A stretch of DNA of 64,000 nt from Carcharhinus amblyrhynchos (taxonomy: Eukaryota), in assembly GCA_965287045.1 (NCBI GenBank), contig OZ336899.1, positions 16,430,001 through 16,494,000 of the forward strand, read 5' to 3'. Position 1 is the first letter of the stretch. Every line of letters begins with the position of its first letter. Below, piece by piece: positions 23,536-36,540 of this stretch. Position numbers and translations under genes: made by a program. The notes below the pieces were generated by a model. It did no database searches. It had not been told where the DNA came from and worked only from the letters and a program-made list of their open reading frames with translations.

Positions 23536-24895
23536 GTAAGAAGCCTCACAACACCAGATTAAAGTCCAACAGGTTTACTTGGTAGCGCAAGCCACAAGCT
23601 TTCAGAGCGCTGCCCCTTCATCAAGTGAGTAGGAATTCTATTCACAAACAGGGCATACAAAGATACAAACTCAATTTACAAAATAATGGTTGGAATGTGA
23701 ATCTTTACAGGTAATCAAGCTGTAAACTTACAGACAATGTGAGTGGAGAGAGGGTTAAGCGCAGGTTAAAGAGATGTGCATTGTCTCCAGCCAGGACAGT
23801 TAGTGAGATTTTGCAAGCCCAGCCAAGTCATGGGTTTAAAGATAGTACGACATGAACCCAAGATCCCAGTTGATGCTATCCTCATGTGTGCAGAACTTGG
23901 CTGACAGTCTCTGCTCAGTGACTCTGCGCTGTCGTGTGTCCTGAAGGCCACCTTGGAGAATGCTTACCTGAAGATCAGTGGATATCAGGATATGGCGCTC
24001 GACTCATCGATCGACAGTTCCAACACACCACAGCGAAAAACCGCATTGACCTCCTCAGAAGACAAACACGGGACACGGTGGACAGAATACCTTTCGACGC
24101 CAAGTACTTCCCTGGAGCGGAGAAACTACGACATCTTCCCCAGAGCCTTCAACATGTCCTCATTGAAGACGAGCACCTCGCATTGGCCATTCCCAGACCC
24201 CCATTTCTTGCCCTCAAACAACCGCACAACCTCAAACAGAACATTGTCTGCAGTAAACTACCCAGCCTTCAGGAGAACAGTGACCATGACACCACACAAC
24301 TCTGCCATAGCAACCTCTGCAAGATGTGCCGGATCATTGATATGGATGCCATCATCCCATGTGAGAACACCATCCACCAGGCACACAGTACATACACTTG
24401 CAACTCGGCTAATGTTGTCTACCTGATACGCTGCAGGAAAAGATGTTCCGAGTCATGGTACACTGGGGAGACCATGCAGACGCTATGACAATGGATGAAT
24501 GAACACCGCTCGCCAATTAACAGTGTTCTCTTCTTGTTGGAAAACACTTCAGCGGTCACGGGCATTCGGCCTCTGATCTTCAGGTAAGCATTCTCCAAGG
24601 CTGGAGACAATACACATCTCTTTAACCTGTAGTTAACCCTATTTCCACTTGTATTGTCTGTGCCTTTAAGAATTGATTACATGTAAAGACTCACATTCCA
24701 ACCATTATTTTGTAAATTGAATTTGTGTCTTTGTATGCCCTGTTTGTGAACAGAACTCCCATTCACCTGATGAAGGGGCAGCGCTCCGAAAGCTTGTGGC
24801 TTGTGCTACCAAATAAACCTGTTGGACTTTAACCTGGTGTTGTGAGACTTCTTACTGTGCTTACCCCAGTCCAACATCAGCATCTCCACATCATG
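23536..24895 (+). mobile_element. 5'-truncated and inverted Penelope-like retroelement (Neptune-type GIY-YIG endonuclease remnant)
   Basis: ORF 23934-24488 has a Cys linker CHSNLCKMC and GIY-YIG motif NVVYLIRCRKRCSESWYTGET. 23536-23980 is the reverse complement of the 3' end. 11-bp TSD CCCATCAAACA at 23523-23533 and 24896-24906. Confidence 0.9.
24764..24798 (+). ncRNA. Minimal type I hammerhead ribozyme motif in the Penelope terminal repeat
   Basis: CAC-CTGATGA-A-GGGGC(AGC)GCTCC-GAAA-GCTT-GTG. Core boxes intact, 5-bp stem II, stem I CAC/GTG, palindromic AAGCTT in place of stem III, predicted cleavage after CUU. Confidence 0.8.
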
Positions 24896-25406
24896 CCCAT
24901 CAAACAGGAGAGATACAGAATGGGGTTAGCTATAGAGTAAAGCTTCTTCTACACTGTCCCCATCAAACACTCCCAGCACAGGTACAGCATGGGGTTAGAC
25001 TCTGTAAAGTGTGATATTTACACTATCTACTCCATACTGTACCTGCCCTTTCACACAGTTCCAACAAAATTTGATATAATTACCTCCAGAAATTTACCAC
25101 GCAACATTGAAATGCCATGAGAGTGGATGTTTTAGTGATTTTTACACTAGATATTACTTGTGACCAGCATCACTGAATGTTTAATCAGTGGACTTCGCTT
25201 CCATTTTGACAGAAAGTGCAGTATGCATTTCCCATAACCTAGCTAAGTGATAAGTCCTAAAAGTCAAACCAAGACCTCTTTCTGCTGTATCCTGGCTACA
25301 GGAATCACTGCTGCTCTGTGATCTTTGGTTTGGTGGATAGATCATAGTCTCTCCTTCAGGCTATGGGTCAGACTATAAACCAACAGAACTTATTTATTGA
25401 ACATTA

Positions 25407-27377
25407 GTTGGTTAAAAGGAAAAAGGAGGCTTATGTTCGGATGAGACTTGAGGGCTCAGGTAGTGCACTAGAAAGCTTTAGATTGGCTAGGAGGGAGTTG
25501 AAGAGTGAATTAAGAAGGGCTAAAAGAGGACATGAGAAGACTTTGGCTGATAGGATTAAGGAGAATCCTAAGGCGTTCTATAGGTATGTTAAGAACAGAA
25601 GGTTGGTTAGGGCAAGATTAGGGCCAGTTACAGACAGCAGAGGGAAGTTGTGTGTGGAACTGGAAGAGATTGGTGAGGCATTGAACCAATATTTCTCTTC
25701 GGTGTTCACGCAGGGGGACATGAATGTAGCCGAGGAGAACACTGGGTTGCAGGGGTGTAAACTAGACAGTATTGCAGTTGATAAGGGGGATGTGCTGGAT
25801 ATTCTTGAGGGTTTGAAAATAGATAAGTCCCCTGGTCTGGATGGGATTTACCCTAGGATTCTCTGGGAGGCAAGAGAAGTGATTGCAGAGCCTCTGGCTC
25901 TGATCTTCAGGTCGTCGTTGGTCTCAGGTATAGTACCGGAAGATTGGAGGATAACGAATGTTGTCCCATTGTTTAAGAAGGGAAACAGAGACTTCCCCGG
26001 GAATTATAAACCGGTGAGTCTTACTTCTGTTGTGGGCAAGGTTTTAGAAAAAATTATTAGGGATAGGATTTATAGTTATTTGGAGAGTAATGAATTAATT
26101 GGAGATAGTCAGCATGGTGTTGTAGTGGGTAGGTCGTGCCTTACTAACCTTATTGAGTTTTTTGAGAAAGTGACCAAAGAGGTGGATGGGGGAAAGGCAG
26201 TTGACGTGGTATATATAGATTTTAGTAAGGTGTTTGATAAGGTTCACCATGGTAGGCTTCTGCAGAAAATGCGGATGTATGGGATTGAGGGTAATCTAGG
26301 AAATTGGATCAGGAATTGGCTAGCAGATAGGAGACAGAGGGTGGTGGTTGATGGTAAATATTCGTCATGGAGTTCAGTTACGAGTGGTGTGCCTTAGGGA
26401 TCTGTTTTGGGGCCACTGCTGTTTGTAATTTTTATTAATGATCTGGATGAGGGTATAGTTGGGTGGATTAGTAAATTTGCTGATGACACCAAAGTCGGAG
26501 GTGTGGTAGATTGTGAGGAAGGGTGTCGTAGTTTTCAGGGTGACTTAGACAGGTTGCAGAGCTGGGCCGAGAGGTGGCGGATGGAGTTTAATGCAGAGAA
26601 GTGTGAGGTAATTCACTTTGGTAGGAATAACAGATGTGTCGAGTATAGGGCTAACGGGAGGACTCTGAATAGTGTGGATGAACAGAGGGATCTAGGTGTA
26701 TGTGTACATAGATCCCTGAAAGTAGGGAATCAAGTAGATAAGGTTGTTAAGAAGGCATACGGTGTCTTGGCGTTTATTGGTAGGGGGATTGAATTTAGGA
26801 GTCGCAGCGTCATGATGCAACTGTACACAACTCTGGTGCGGCCGCACTTGGAGTATTGTGTGCAGTTCTGGTCCCCACATTATAGGAAGGATGTGGAGGC
26901 TTTGGAGAGGGTGCAGAGGAGGTTTACCAGGATGTTGCCTGGTATGGAGGGGAGGTCCTATGAGGAGAGACTGAGGGATTTGGGGTTGTTTTCGCTAGAA
27001 AAAAGGCGGCTAAGAGGGGATCTTATTGAAACATACAAGATGATTAGAGGTTTAGATAGGGTGGATAGTGATAGCCTTTTTCCTTGGATGGAGAAAGCTA
27101 GCACGAGGGGGCATGGCTTTAAATTAAGGGGGGGTAGTTATAGGACGGATGTCAGGGGTAAGTTCTTTACCCAGAGGGTGGTGAGGGATTGGAATGCCCT
27201 GCCTGCTGCAGTTGTAAATGCGCCTAGTTTGGGGGCGTTTAAGAGATCCGTGGATAGGTTTATGGATGAAAAGGGATTGGTTTAGGTTAGAGGGTCATTG
27301 CTTTTTAACTGGTTGGCGCAACATCGTGGGCCGAAGGGCCTGTTCTGCGCTGTAATGTTCTATGTTCTATGTTCTAT
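25407..27377 (+). mobile_element. Young 5'-truncated CR1 LINE, copy A (one premature stop)
   Basis: ORFs 25408-26397 and 26407-27285 are one RT frame broken by TAG at 26395 in GVP(Q>*)GS. 3' tail (CTATGTT)n. Confidence 0.96.
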
Positions 27378-27649
27378 TAAGCAGGTAAATGAAGAAATGA
27401 AGAATACTCAGTCCAAACTGGGAATGTACAGGAGTTGCAAGCTTCACAACACTAATTGAAATATTAAAAGTAACAAAGATCTTTCACTGCTCTAATGCTC
27501 ACCATAAAACTAAACAGTGCTGTTACTGCCATAGTGGCTGTGACTATTGATGAACCTCACATTAGCTTTGCACTGCTGACCACGACTGCCTGACCAATCG
27601 ACTCAAAATATAATTTCAGGAGAGAACACAGATCGGCGGGGGGAGTGGT

Positions 27650-27910
27650 GGGGAGGTTCTGTGGGGAAAATCTTTTTTATCCAGGGGGTGGTGACAGTCT
27701 GGAATGTGCTGCCTGGGAGGGTGGTAGAGGCAGGTTGCCTCACATCCTTTAAAATGTATCTGGATGAGCATTTGACACATCATAACATTTAGGGCTATGA
27801 ACCAAGTGCTGGCAGATGGGATTAGGTGGGACTTCAGGTGTTTCTAATGTGTCAGTCTGGACTTGATTGGCCAAAGGGCCTCTTCTGCACTATATGATTC
27901 TGTGATTCAA
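27650..27910 (+). mobile_element. CR1 3' fragment, same subfamily as 10090-10345
   Basis: GTCTGGAATGTGCTGCCTGGGAGG...GCTGGCAGATGGGATTAGGTGGGA...GGGCCTCTTCTG. Confidence 0.8.
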
Positions 27911-28224
27911 AGGGCATTATCTGTATCCCTCATCATTTAAGAATAATTTCTTGGTATATGGCCAAGGTCATCTGAAAGTGGTGATGGATCTTGATCTCAA
28001 ATTCCTGTGCGGTTCTGATCATTGCTGAAATGGAGTGGCTTGCTTCAGAGAGCAGTTAAAGCATCAGCCATGTTGGTGTAGTATTGGAATGCAGAGAATG
28101 CCCATTACTCACAAGGCTTTCCAATCAACAATGTTCCTGTGTTGCTTGGAATTTATTGGAATGGTTTTATTCTTCAATCTGTCGCAAATAACTTTGATGA
28201 GCTGTGAGACCAGTCCCCACTTAA

Positions 28225-28492
28225 GGTGGCACAGTGCTTAGCACTGCTGCTTCACAGCACCAGAGTCGCAATTTTGATCCCCGGCTTGGGTCACTGTGTG
28301 GACTCTGCAAACTCTCCCTGTGTCTGCGTAGGTCTCCTCCTGGTACTCCGGTTTCCTCCCACAGTTTGAAAGACATGCTAAATTCTCCCTCAGTGTATCT
28401 ATACAGGTGCCAGAGTGCAGCAAATAGGAGATTTTCACAGCAACTTCATTGCAGTGTTAATGTGAGCCTACTTGTGACACGAATAAATAAAC
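28225..28492 (+). mobile_element. V-SINE variant with a non-CR1 tail
   Basis: GGTGGCACAGTGCTTAGCACTGCTGC head, V domain, tail CAACTTCATTGCAGTGTTAATGTGAGCCTACTTGTGACAC.AATAAATAAA. Confidence 0.75.
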
Positions 28493-29039
28493 TTCATATC
28501 TATCAAGGATCAGAGTTCTGGATACACTCACCCTGGCGAGAAAGATCTTCAGTTAAATTTGCTGGTGTATAACAAGGAGACACAAGTTTGTTTAATTGAG
28601 AAAAGGTCACTTTAGGACTGATATCAGATGTTCCTCTTCACACCGAGAGTGTGATCAACATTTGGAATGAATGGCGGAGGCGAGGATTCTGGAATCATTT
28701 CAGGAATATTTGGATTGTGTAATGTGGGGAGTGTAGGATGGTTCCGGGTGGGTGAATTAACACAGGATGAATGATCTTCTTCATCTCCGGTTATCTTGCG
28801 ATCTTGCTCAGGCTGTGTAACAATGATTTTAACCCCACGTGGGTTGTAACTAGCAGGAAAGAATCCAATAAATAATTAATTATCGTGGTGGAGCTGGGGA
28901 AATTTGGTGATGAAAGGTTGAATTGGAAGGAACACCTGTCCAAATTGTGCAAGATACACCCAGTCTAGAGCAAGGGGAAGAAAGAGCAAGCGGTTTCTTA
29001 GCAGAGTTAGGACCAATGATAACTTTCCCTTTTTTCTTT

Positions 29040-29380
29040 CCTGGGCTGTGGGTGATACTGTCAAGGCAGTATTTGTTGCCTAAGCCCAATTTCCTTTGAA
29101 CTGAGTGGCTTGCTCAGCCATTTCAGGGAGCAGTTACAGGGGCTCTAAAGTACAAGTAGGCCAAACAGGATAAGAATGGTAGATTTCCTTCCCTTATGGA
29201 CACAAGGGAACCAAATAGTTTTTTTACATCAATGATAGTTTCAGGCTCATCATTAGCTGTATATTCCAGATTTATTTATTAATTGAATTTAAATTCCGCC
29301 AGCTACTGTGGTGCGATTTGACCTCAGATCCTCAAAGCACTAGGCTCTGAATTACTATTTGAGAGATATTACCACCCTGT
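29040..29380 (-). mobile_element. tRNA-headed SINE with L2-type tail
   Basis: Reverse complement matches the head at 41068-41330 and 29720-29880 (GGCGGAATTTAAATTCAATT...GGAAGGAAATCT). Confidence 0.6.
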
Positions 29381-29719
29381 CAGACAGTATATGCTGCTTA
29401 TTGACCAATCACAAAGGAAGTTGGCAGTGGGATTAGAGAAGAGGATCATGGTGGGGCTGATACATTTATGCCAAAACTGGCTTTCTTCCATTGCTCTCCT
29501 TCCTGTCCTGAAGGTGTTGAGTCCTCACCAGGGTAGTCATCACCATCCAACCTCTCTCCCATATCTAATTCTTTGTGAACAATCCTTAAAATGTCAGGCC
29601 AACTACTCAACCACAGACTGCATCACAATCGAGCCCAAATTGTGTCCTCACATTCACACTGAGCATTCACAGCTAAGCAGATTCTAAGCATTGGGAGGAA
29701 TGAGGTTACTGGAGACTGA

Positions 29720-30335
29720 TTGACAATAGTATAGTGGCTATATTACAGAACAAGTAATCCAGAAGCCTGGACTAATTAACCAGATAAAATGGCTTCAAAC
29801 TGAGAGTGAGTTCAGTTTAAAGTATCTGTTAATAAAAATCTGGTATGAGTAAAAGTGCTTCTGTATTGTTGTACGAAAGTTACCTAAGTCATAGCAGACC
29901 ATAGGCTGCTGTCAGGTTTTGGGAGAGAGAGAGATTTAACCTGAAGGTCGCCACACTTCAGGTGAGGAGCAAGGTTGAGAAGGCAGCACTTTCATGAAAA
30001 ACCTCAGCTGGTATGGGGATTGAACCCATGCTGTTGGTGTCCTTCTGTATCATGAACCAGCCATGCAGTCAACTGAGCTACCCAGCCTCACTGCTATAGA
30101 AACTCAAATGGCTCATTAATCTTCTTTACGGAAGAAGGCGGGACATCCTACAGGGCCCGGGACTATGTCTAATTTCAACCCCACAACAACAATGTTGACC
30201 TTTGAGTGGATCCTGAAAGAACTAAAATGGCCTGCAGTGGTTCTAGAAGAAAGCATATTGCCATCTTCACAAGGCAATATAGGATAGGCAAAAAATCCCC
30301 GTCTGATGAGTTTAACCCACATCTCAATAAAAACA
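29720..30335 (+). mobile_element. tRNA-headed SINE containing a nested - strand tRNA-derived SINE (~29890-30085)
   Basis: Outer: AGTAATCCAGAAGCCTGGACTAAT...GGAAGAAGG...CCCACATC. Inner, reverse complement: TAGCTCAGTTG...GGGTTCAATCCCCATACCAGCTGAGGT. Confidence 0.6.
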
Positions 30336-33300
30336 ATACACACAGGGACACCAAAGCTGTTTACCACTTTCCTAGCTAGGGGTGAGTATCCTAATTGTGC
30401 ATCATACACCTTCAACCCCCCCAACAACAATAAACCTTTACAGAATAAGTGAGGCAAACTGTTGCAAATCACTTGGAATAATTGGTATAATTTTATGACG
30501 CTCCCTTACTGACACTAGGGGAGGAGTATTTGTCACACAAAGCAATGGGTTCATGGGGATCTGAGGTTACAGGTTTATGGATATTTTAAAACTACTAGTT
30601 AAAGTCCTAGTTTAGACTGTGAGAAAAATGATGCCTAATTTTCACGTCCATTCAAACAGACAAACGAAAGCCAAATGTAAAATTTGGATTCATTTGAAGA
30701 TGGTTTTCATCTCCCACCTAAACTTGGCAGCTTCAGTGTTCAGCTGAATGTGATTAGTGGTGTAAAATCAAAGATGGTGGTAAATGGCTCTTGGTCCGAT
30801 CCATCACACTTGCTTGAGGTGAAAGGCTTTGTATGATAGACAAACAGGTCTGACAGCAATGTCTGCTCCATAATTATTACAAATAGCTAAATAATTAAAA
30901 ACAGATCTCTCTTGTTCTTCTTCTCTCTCCCAGAAAGCTGTATTCCTGTCAACTGGCAATATGCTGTCAGGCAATTAATGGATACCTCAACAGCAATAGT
31001 GAGAATTAAAATGGGGTCATCGTATTTTTTGTGTGCCCAGTCTTTGTTTCTGGGAAGTCTAAGAAATGACATTGTCTTATCCATCACTCAGGCAGTGTTG
31101 TGTTGCTTTACTTGAATTAGATATGTTTGAACAAAGCTAGGGAAACACATGCGACAGAGAGTAATAGAAGGATGTACTGACAGAGTGAGGAAAATAGAAC
31201 TGGGAGGAGGCTCCTGTGCAGCCTCAAGAACAGCATGGATTAGTTGGGCCAAATGGCTTATTTATTTTTGTGCTCTGTAATCAATGTCATTCTATTTATG
31301 TCTTTTTACCTCATCTTGGGATGGTGGCATCTTCAGTAATGCTTGCATTTATCACAAGTCTATAATTGCCCATAGAAAGTAGTGATGTAGCTAAAATAAT
31401 TGGCTTGCTGGGCCACTTCAGATGAAAGTTATCAATCAAGTTGAGGGACTGAAGTCATATATAGGCTCAGACTGGGTAAGGAAGGTAGGTTTCCTTCCAT
31501 ACAGGTATTAGTGAACCAGTTTACGTCTTTATAACAATCTAGAAACTTCATGGTCAGGTGAATGATGTCACCTACGCCTGTTAAATGGGTAAAGGTCCAT
31601 CAGTGTTTGCAAAGGTTACAATCAACAGCTCTCTGACAAGTTAATGCATATGTACCAGCTTCCGAAGTGCACTAATTTAACACAACTGATAACCCATTTT
31701 AAAATGAGTAGATAAATTGCTTTGCTCAAAATGTGCAAAAGCACCAATAGCAGCCTGGGAACACCTTGAATTTAAAGTTCCATCTTGATGCTCAAATCTA
31801 TCTATGGCCTCACTCCTTCTGATCTCTAACTTGCTCCAGCCCAAACCTCCAAGATCTCTGCTTTGTTCTTGTGGAATCCTGATTTTCTTCAGTGACTGTG
31901 ATTTTGTGTTTAGGCCCCTAAGCTCTGGAATTTTGTTCCTCGTTGCTCAAGCTTTTGATCAATATCCCTTTATGTGGCTCAGTGTTCAGTTTTCTTTGAT
32001 TATGCTCCTTCGTGTGTTTTACTATGTTAAAGGCGTTATATAAATGCATGTTGTTGTTGCTGTCCATGACTGATTTTTCCATTTACCCTCCAAACATTTG
32101 CTACAATACTAGGATCATTATATCTGTAAAGAATTTCACTCATTAATTTGTCCCTGGACAGATAATTCCAGACAATGACTGTTACCACAGGTTGCTGGAT
32201 GCATTGTGGCTTATCGCGCTCCATGGTTGTTGTACATTTCTCTGTCATGCGATTGCCCTGTCCAATCTCCTTTTGAATGTTGGTTGCTAGTGCCTGGAGA
32301 GGCCCGCAGGGGCCTCAGCAATGCCAAGGGTTTCCCACAGCAACAGCCACCGGTCTTGTCTGCCCATTGTTTCAAGGCATGGCGCTGGGAGTTCTCATGT
32401 AAAGTTAGGCATAATCAAACTGCTTGATCTAAATTGGAGGATTTGTCATGAAAAGAGAAAATAATGTTCATCCAAATTGCTACATAATCCTTGAGTTATG
32501 AAAGCAGATGTATCAGTATCCCTCAGAGAGATATGTCGTTGAGGTTTTAGTTCTAACTCTGCAGGTCACACGGGGAGGGTGGTGAATTGGGAGAGATTCT
32601 GACCTATGCATCGTTTAGAGTCTAGAGGGCAATCCAGCCCAGGCTATCTGCTGGCAGCAGGGAAGTTTGAATGGAATGAGCTCTTCATAATTACAATACA
32701 CTGCTCAGTGGGCACAACAAACCCACTCAAAACTGGCAATCTCCCTTGGACAGTCCACAGCGTGGGCTTCTCTAGGAACTGGAGGAGTGTCAGGAGCTGC
32801 ATGGGTGGGTTGGGCTTAAAGCACATTCTTGGGTAATGTAGTGGGAGCTCTCTCTGAATCTTATAGTTTTTTCTTCTTTGCATATCTAACTCCCTTTGCA
32901 AGTTGCTATTTTCTGAGGATCAGCAGGTGTTGGTCAGCAGAAGCTTTCAATTGGGTTCACACCCACGAGCAGGTTGGTACAGCATGCTAGCATACCAGCT
33001 AGAGCGAGCAGGGACACTCCCGTTTCAATTCACTTTTCTCATTGAAAATCTCAGCCATGGCTTAGTGTAGGGAATACTCTTCTCTGTTTTAGAAGACTGT
33101 GGATTCAAATCCCAGTCCAGAAACTTGAGCATCACACCTAAGCTGAAATTCCACTGTAGCACTGAGGGAGAGCTGTACTGTCAGGGCCACTTTGTGACTA
33201 GTGCAGACATAATGTTAGACAAGAGATAATGCAAGTCATGGTCACTCTTATCTCATGGGCACAGTTTGATCACTGGAATGGAAACAGAGGAAGATGAAAG

Positions 33301-34239
33301 AGGAATCTTGCAGATTTTGGGCTAATCCCAAGAAACCACCTGGTCCCTAGTGTGCTAGCAGTCTGAATCTTAGTGGGATGTCTGGGAGGACAAGATGGCT
33401 CTGTCTGACATTTTTGTTTCTTTGCATGCTGTGATGCCCTGTGTAGTGGAGTAGCCCACCCTGTATTCACTGTTTGGGCTAACATGCAGACATTGGCACC
33501 CACGCAATTGTATTTCAGTAAGATGTCAGTGCTGTGAAAGAAATGTGGGTCAGAATAAAACTCTGGGGTGGGAAGGCCCCATGTTGAACATTGCATCTCA
33601 ATACACCTGTTCTGTGTTTTAGCGCCAAGGAATGATTTAACACTCGCCGCAAAGTTGTCAGTCTTCCCTCTGCGGCGTTAAATAAAATCCTTATCCGACT
33701 GCAGCAGTTTCTTGGCAGATGCATTGCGGGTTTATGTAAAGAGAAGGAGCTGTCAGGAGGAAGCATGGCCTGTGAGAAATGGTGTGAGCTGCCAGAGGAG
33801 CTAGTGACGGGGCAGGCCTGTCAACAGCCCCATTGACAACAGCAACAGCTGAGGCTCGCTCTATGCCTGACCTCTCTGATTCAGAGGAATCAACAGTTTC
33901 TCTTAGCCAGAGCCAAGGAACTGTCAGGCGCTGCAGCCAAGAACTATTACGACAGGACAAAATAGGCCTCACCTGTTTCAGTTTGTTATTGTAAACCAGC
34001 GGAAAATCTGCACTCCCGTTCTTTTATGGGAAAAATTAAATATTAATATATTATGGATCCCTGGGGGCTGGTTGACCCTGAATACGTCATGTCCATCTTT
34101 TTTCTCAGTCAATAGTGGGTTAGTCCTCAGTTATGGGAAGGTTTGATGGCCTCTTACTGCCCCACATGTTGAGTTCACCCACATCCACCGAACCTAAGTA
34201 TCTCGATGGATATTGACTTAGAATTCAGAATTTAAGCTG

Positions 34240-34560
34240 TGATCTCCCCAAGACTGTCTGGAATTCCTGTCATTCTTCCCTGGGGCTGTGTCAGACTCCA
34301 ATCTCCCCTGGACGAGTGTCTCTGGGACTCTTGTCTCACCAGCACTGTCTGAACTCCTGTCTCTGAAAGCCTTTGAGTCTGTGGTCTCCCCTGGATTGTC
34401 TCTGGAATTCCTGTCTTATCGGTACTCCCTGAACTCCTGTCTTCCTGCCCTGTAGTTGTCTGGGTTTCTGATCTCCCCTCTCCATGTTGTCTGGGATCCT
34501 TTCTCCATAATAATGTTTGGAGTTCTTCTCTCAGGGACTGTCTAGAACTTGTGTCCCTTC
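34240..34560. repeat. Degenerate ~30-bp pyrimidine-rich tandem repeat
   Basis: Recurrent TCTCCCCTGGA(C/T)TGTCTCTGGAATTCCTGTC. Confidence 0.6.
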
Positions 34561-34569
34561 TGGAAGAAT

Positions 34570-36540
34570 AAAACAAGTAAGAGCAGGAAAGAGAGAGTAT
34601 GAGAGGAGACTGGCAGCTAACATAAAAGGGTTATAAATATAAACAGGATGGTAACAAGCAGGGTAAGGCTGATTAGGGAGAAAAGAGGGGATTTACATGG
34701 AGGGCATGGCTGAGGTACTAAATGAATACTTTGCATCTATCTCTACCAAGGAAGAAAATGCTGCCAAAGTTGTTGAAAGAGGAGATAGCTGAAACAAAGA
34801 GTCATCCAGACTCAAAATGTTATCTCTAGTTCCTCTCCACAGATGCTGTCAGACCTGCTGGGATTTTCCAGCCTTTTGATGAGTTACTGGGACTGAATCA
34901 AATGCATCTGAGAATGCTAAGGGAACAAAAAGTGGAAATTGTGGAGGTGCTGGCCACAATCTTCCAATCCTCCTCAGATATAGGGCTGTGCTACAAGACT
35001 GGAGAATTTTAAATGCTGTACCTTGCTCAAAATATGATGCAAGGAGAAGCCTAATAACTACAGGCACTCAACTTAACCTCAGCAGTGGAGAAAAGTTTTT
35101 GAAATGATAATCTGAGACAAATTTAGTCTCTTGGACAAATCTGGATTAATTAAGGAAAACCAGCAGAGTTCTGTTAATGGGAACATCCAACTTAATTTGA
35201 ATGAGTTTTTCGGTGAAGTAACAGTGACAGTTAATAAGGGTAATGTGGCTGATGTGGTGTACATGGCATCCAATAGGTGTTTAATAAAAAGCCACATAAC
35301 AGGCTTGTTGGCAAAGTTCAAACCCCTGGAATAAAAGGGCCAGTTGTGGCATGGATATGAAGTTGGCTCAGTGACAGGAAACAAAAGTAATGGTGAACGA
35401 TTGTTCTTTGGGCAGGCAGATGATACGCAGTGGCCTTCCCCAGGGATCAGTATTTGGAGCACTTCTTCTCCTGACCTATGTCAGTTACTGAGACTTAGGT
35501 GTGCCGGACACAACTTTAACATTTGTAGGTGACACCAAATTTGTATGTGTTGTGAACTGTGAAGTCCAAAGATGTGTAAGTTAGGGGGATTGGCCAGAGT
35601 AAATGTGTGGTGTTGCTTTTTTGGAGAGTCAGTGCAGTCTCAATGGGCCAAATGGCCTCCTTGTACACTGTAGTGATTCTATGGATTCTGTGGTACCCCC
35701 TTGTTGGACTTCCAAGAGAACATTGATATGTTGGTGGAATGGGTGGACAACTAGCATATGAAATGAATGCAGAGAAGAGTGAAGTGACACATTTTGGTAG
35801 GAAGAACTAGAAGAGGCAACATAAAGTAAAAGATACAAGTCTAAAAGGGATGCAAGGACAGAGAGATGTGGTATGTATGCACAAATTGTTGATGTGGCAG
35901 AACAGGTTGAGAAAGCTTAAAATAAGTATGTGGAAACCTGGGCTTTTATAGGTAGGGGTATAGAATACAAAGGCAAAGAAGTTATGATGAGCTTGGATAG
36001 AACATTGTTTCAACTTCAAATGGAATATTGTGTCCAATTCTGAGCATCCTTCTGGAAGGGTGTGGAAGCATTGGAGAAGGTGCAGCAAAGATTTCTGAGA
36101 GTACTTTTAGAGATGAGGGACCTCAGCTGCAGGGATAGACAAGAAAACTGGGTGTTCTTCTGAGAAAAGAGGAGGCTGAGAGGAGATTTAATAGAAGTTT
36201 ACAATATCACAGGGTAGGGACAGAGTTGAGAATGAAACTGTTTCCATTGGCGGATGGGTCACCAATTTAAAGTGATTGACAAAAGAAGCAGAGGCGACAT
36301 GAGGAAAAACAGTTTATATGGTGTGTGGTTAAGATTGCAAATACACTGCCTGAGGGTAATCTGGAAGCAGATTAAATCATAGCTTTCAAAAGGGAATTGA
36401 ATAATTATCTGAAGAGAAATATATTGCAGGGCTATGGGGGAAAGGCAGGGGAGAGCGACTGGCTGAGTTGCTTTCAGAGACAGCCAGAATGGGCGCAATG
36501 GTCGAATGGCCTCCTTCCGAGTTGCAAGCATTTATGATTC
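34570..36540 (+). mobile_element. Old decayed CR1 ORF2 with nested short insertions (Penelope terminus ~34795-34877, V-SINE tail ~35563-35690)
   Basis: Remnants of YERRLAANIK, LNEYFASI, LIKENQ, ADVVYM, EYCVQF and RGDLIEVY with many stops; tail GAATGGCCTCCTTC. Confidence 0.8.
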
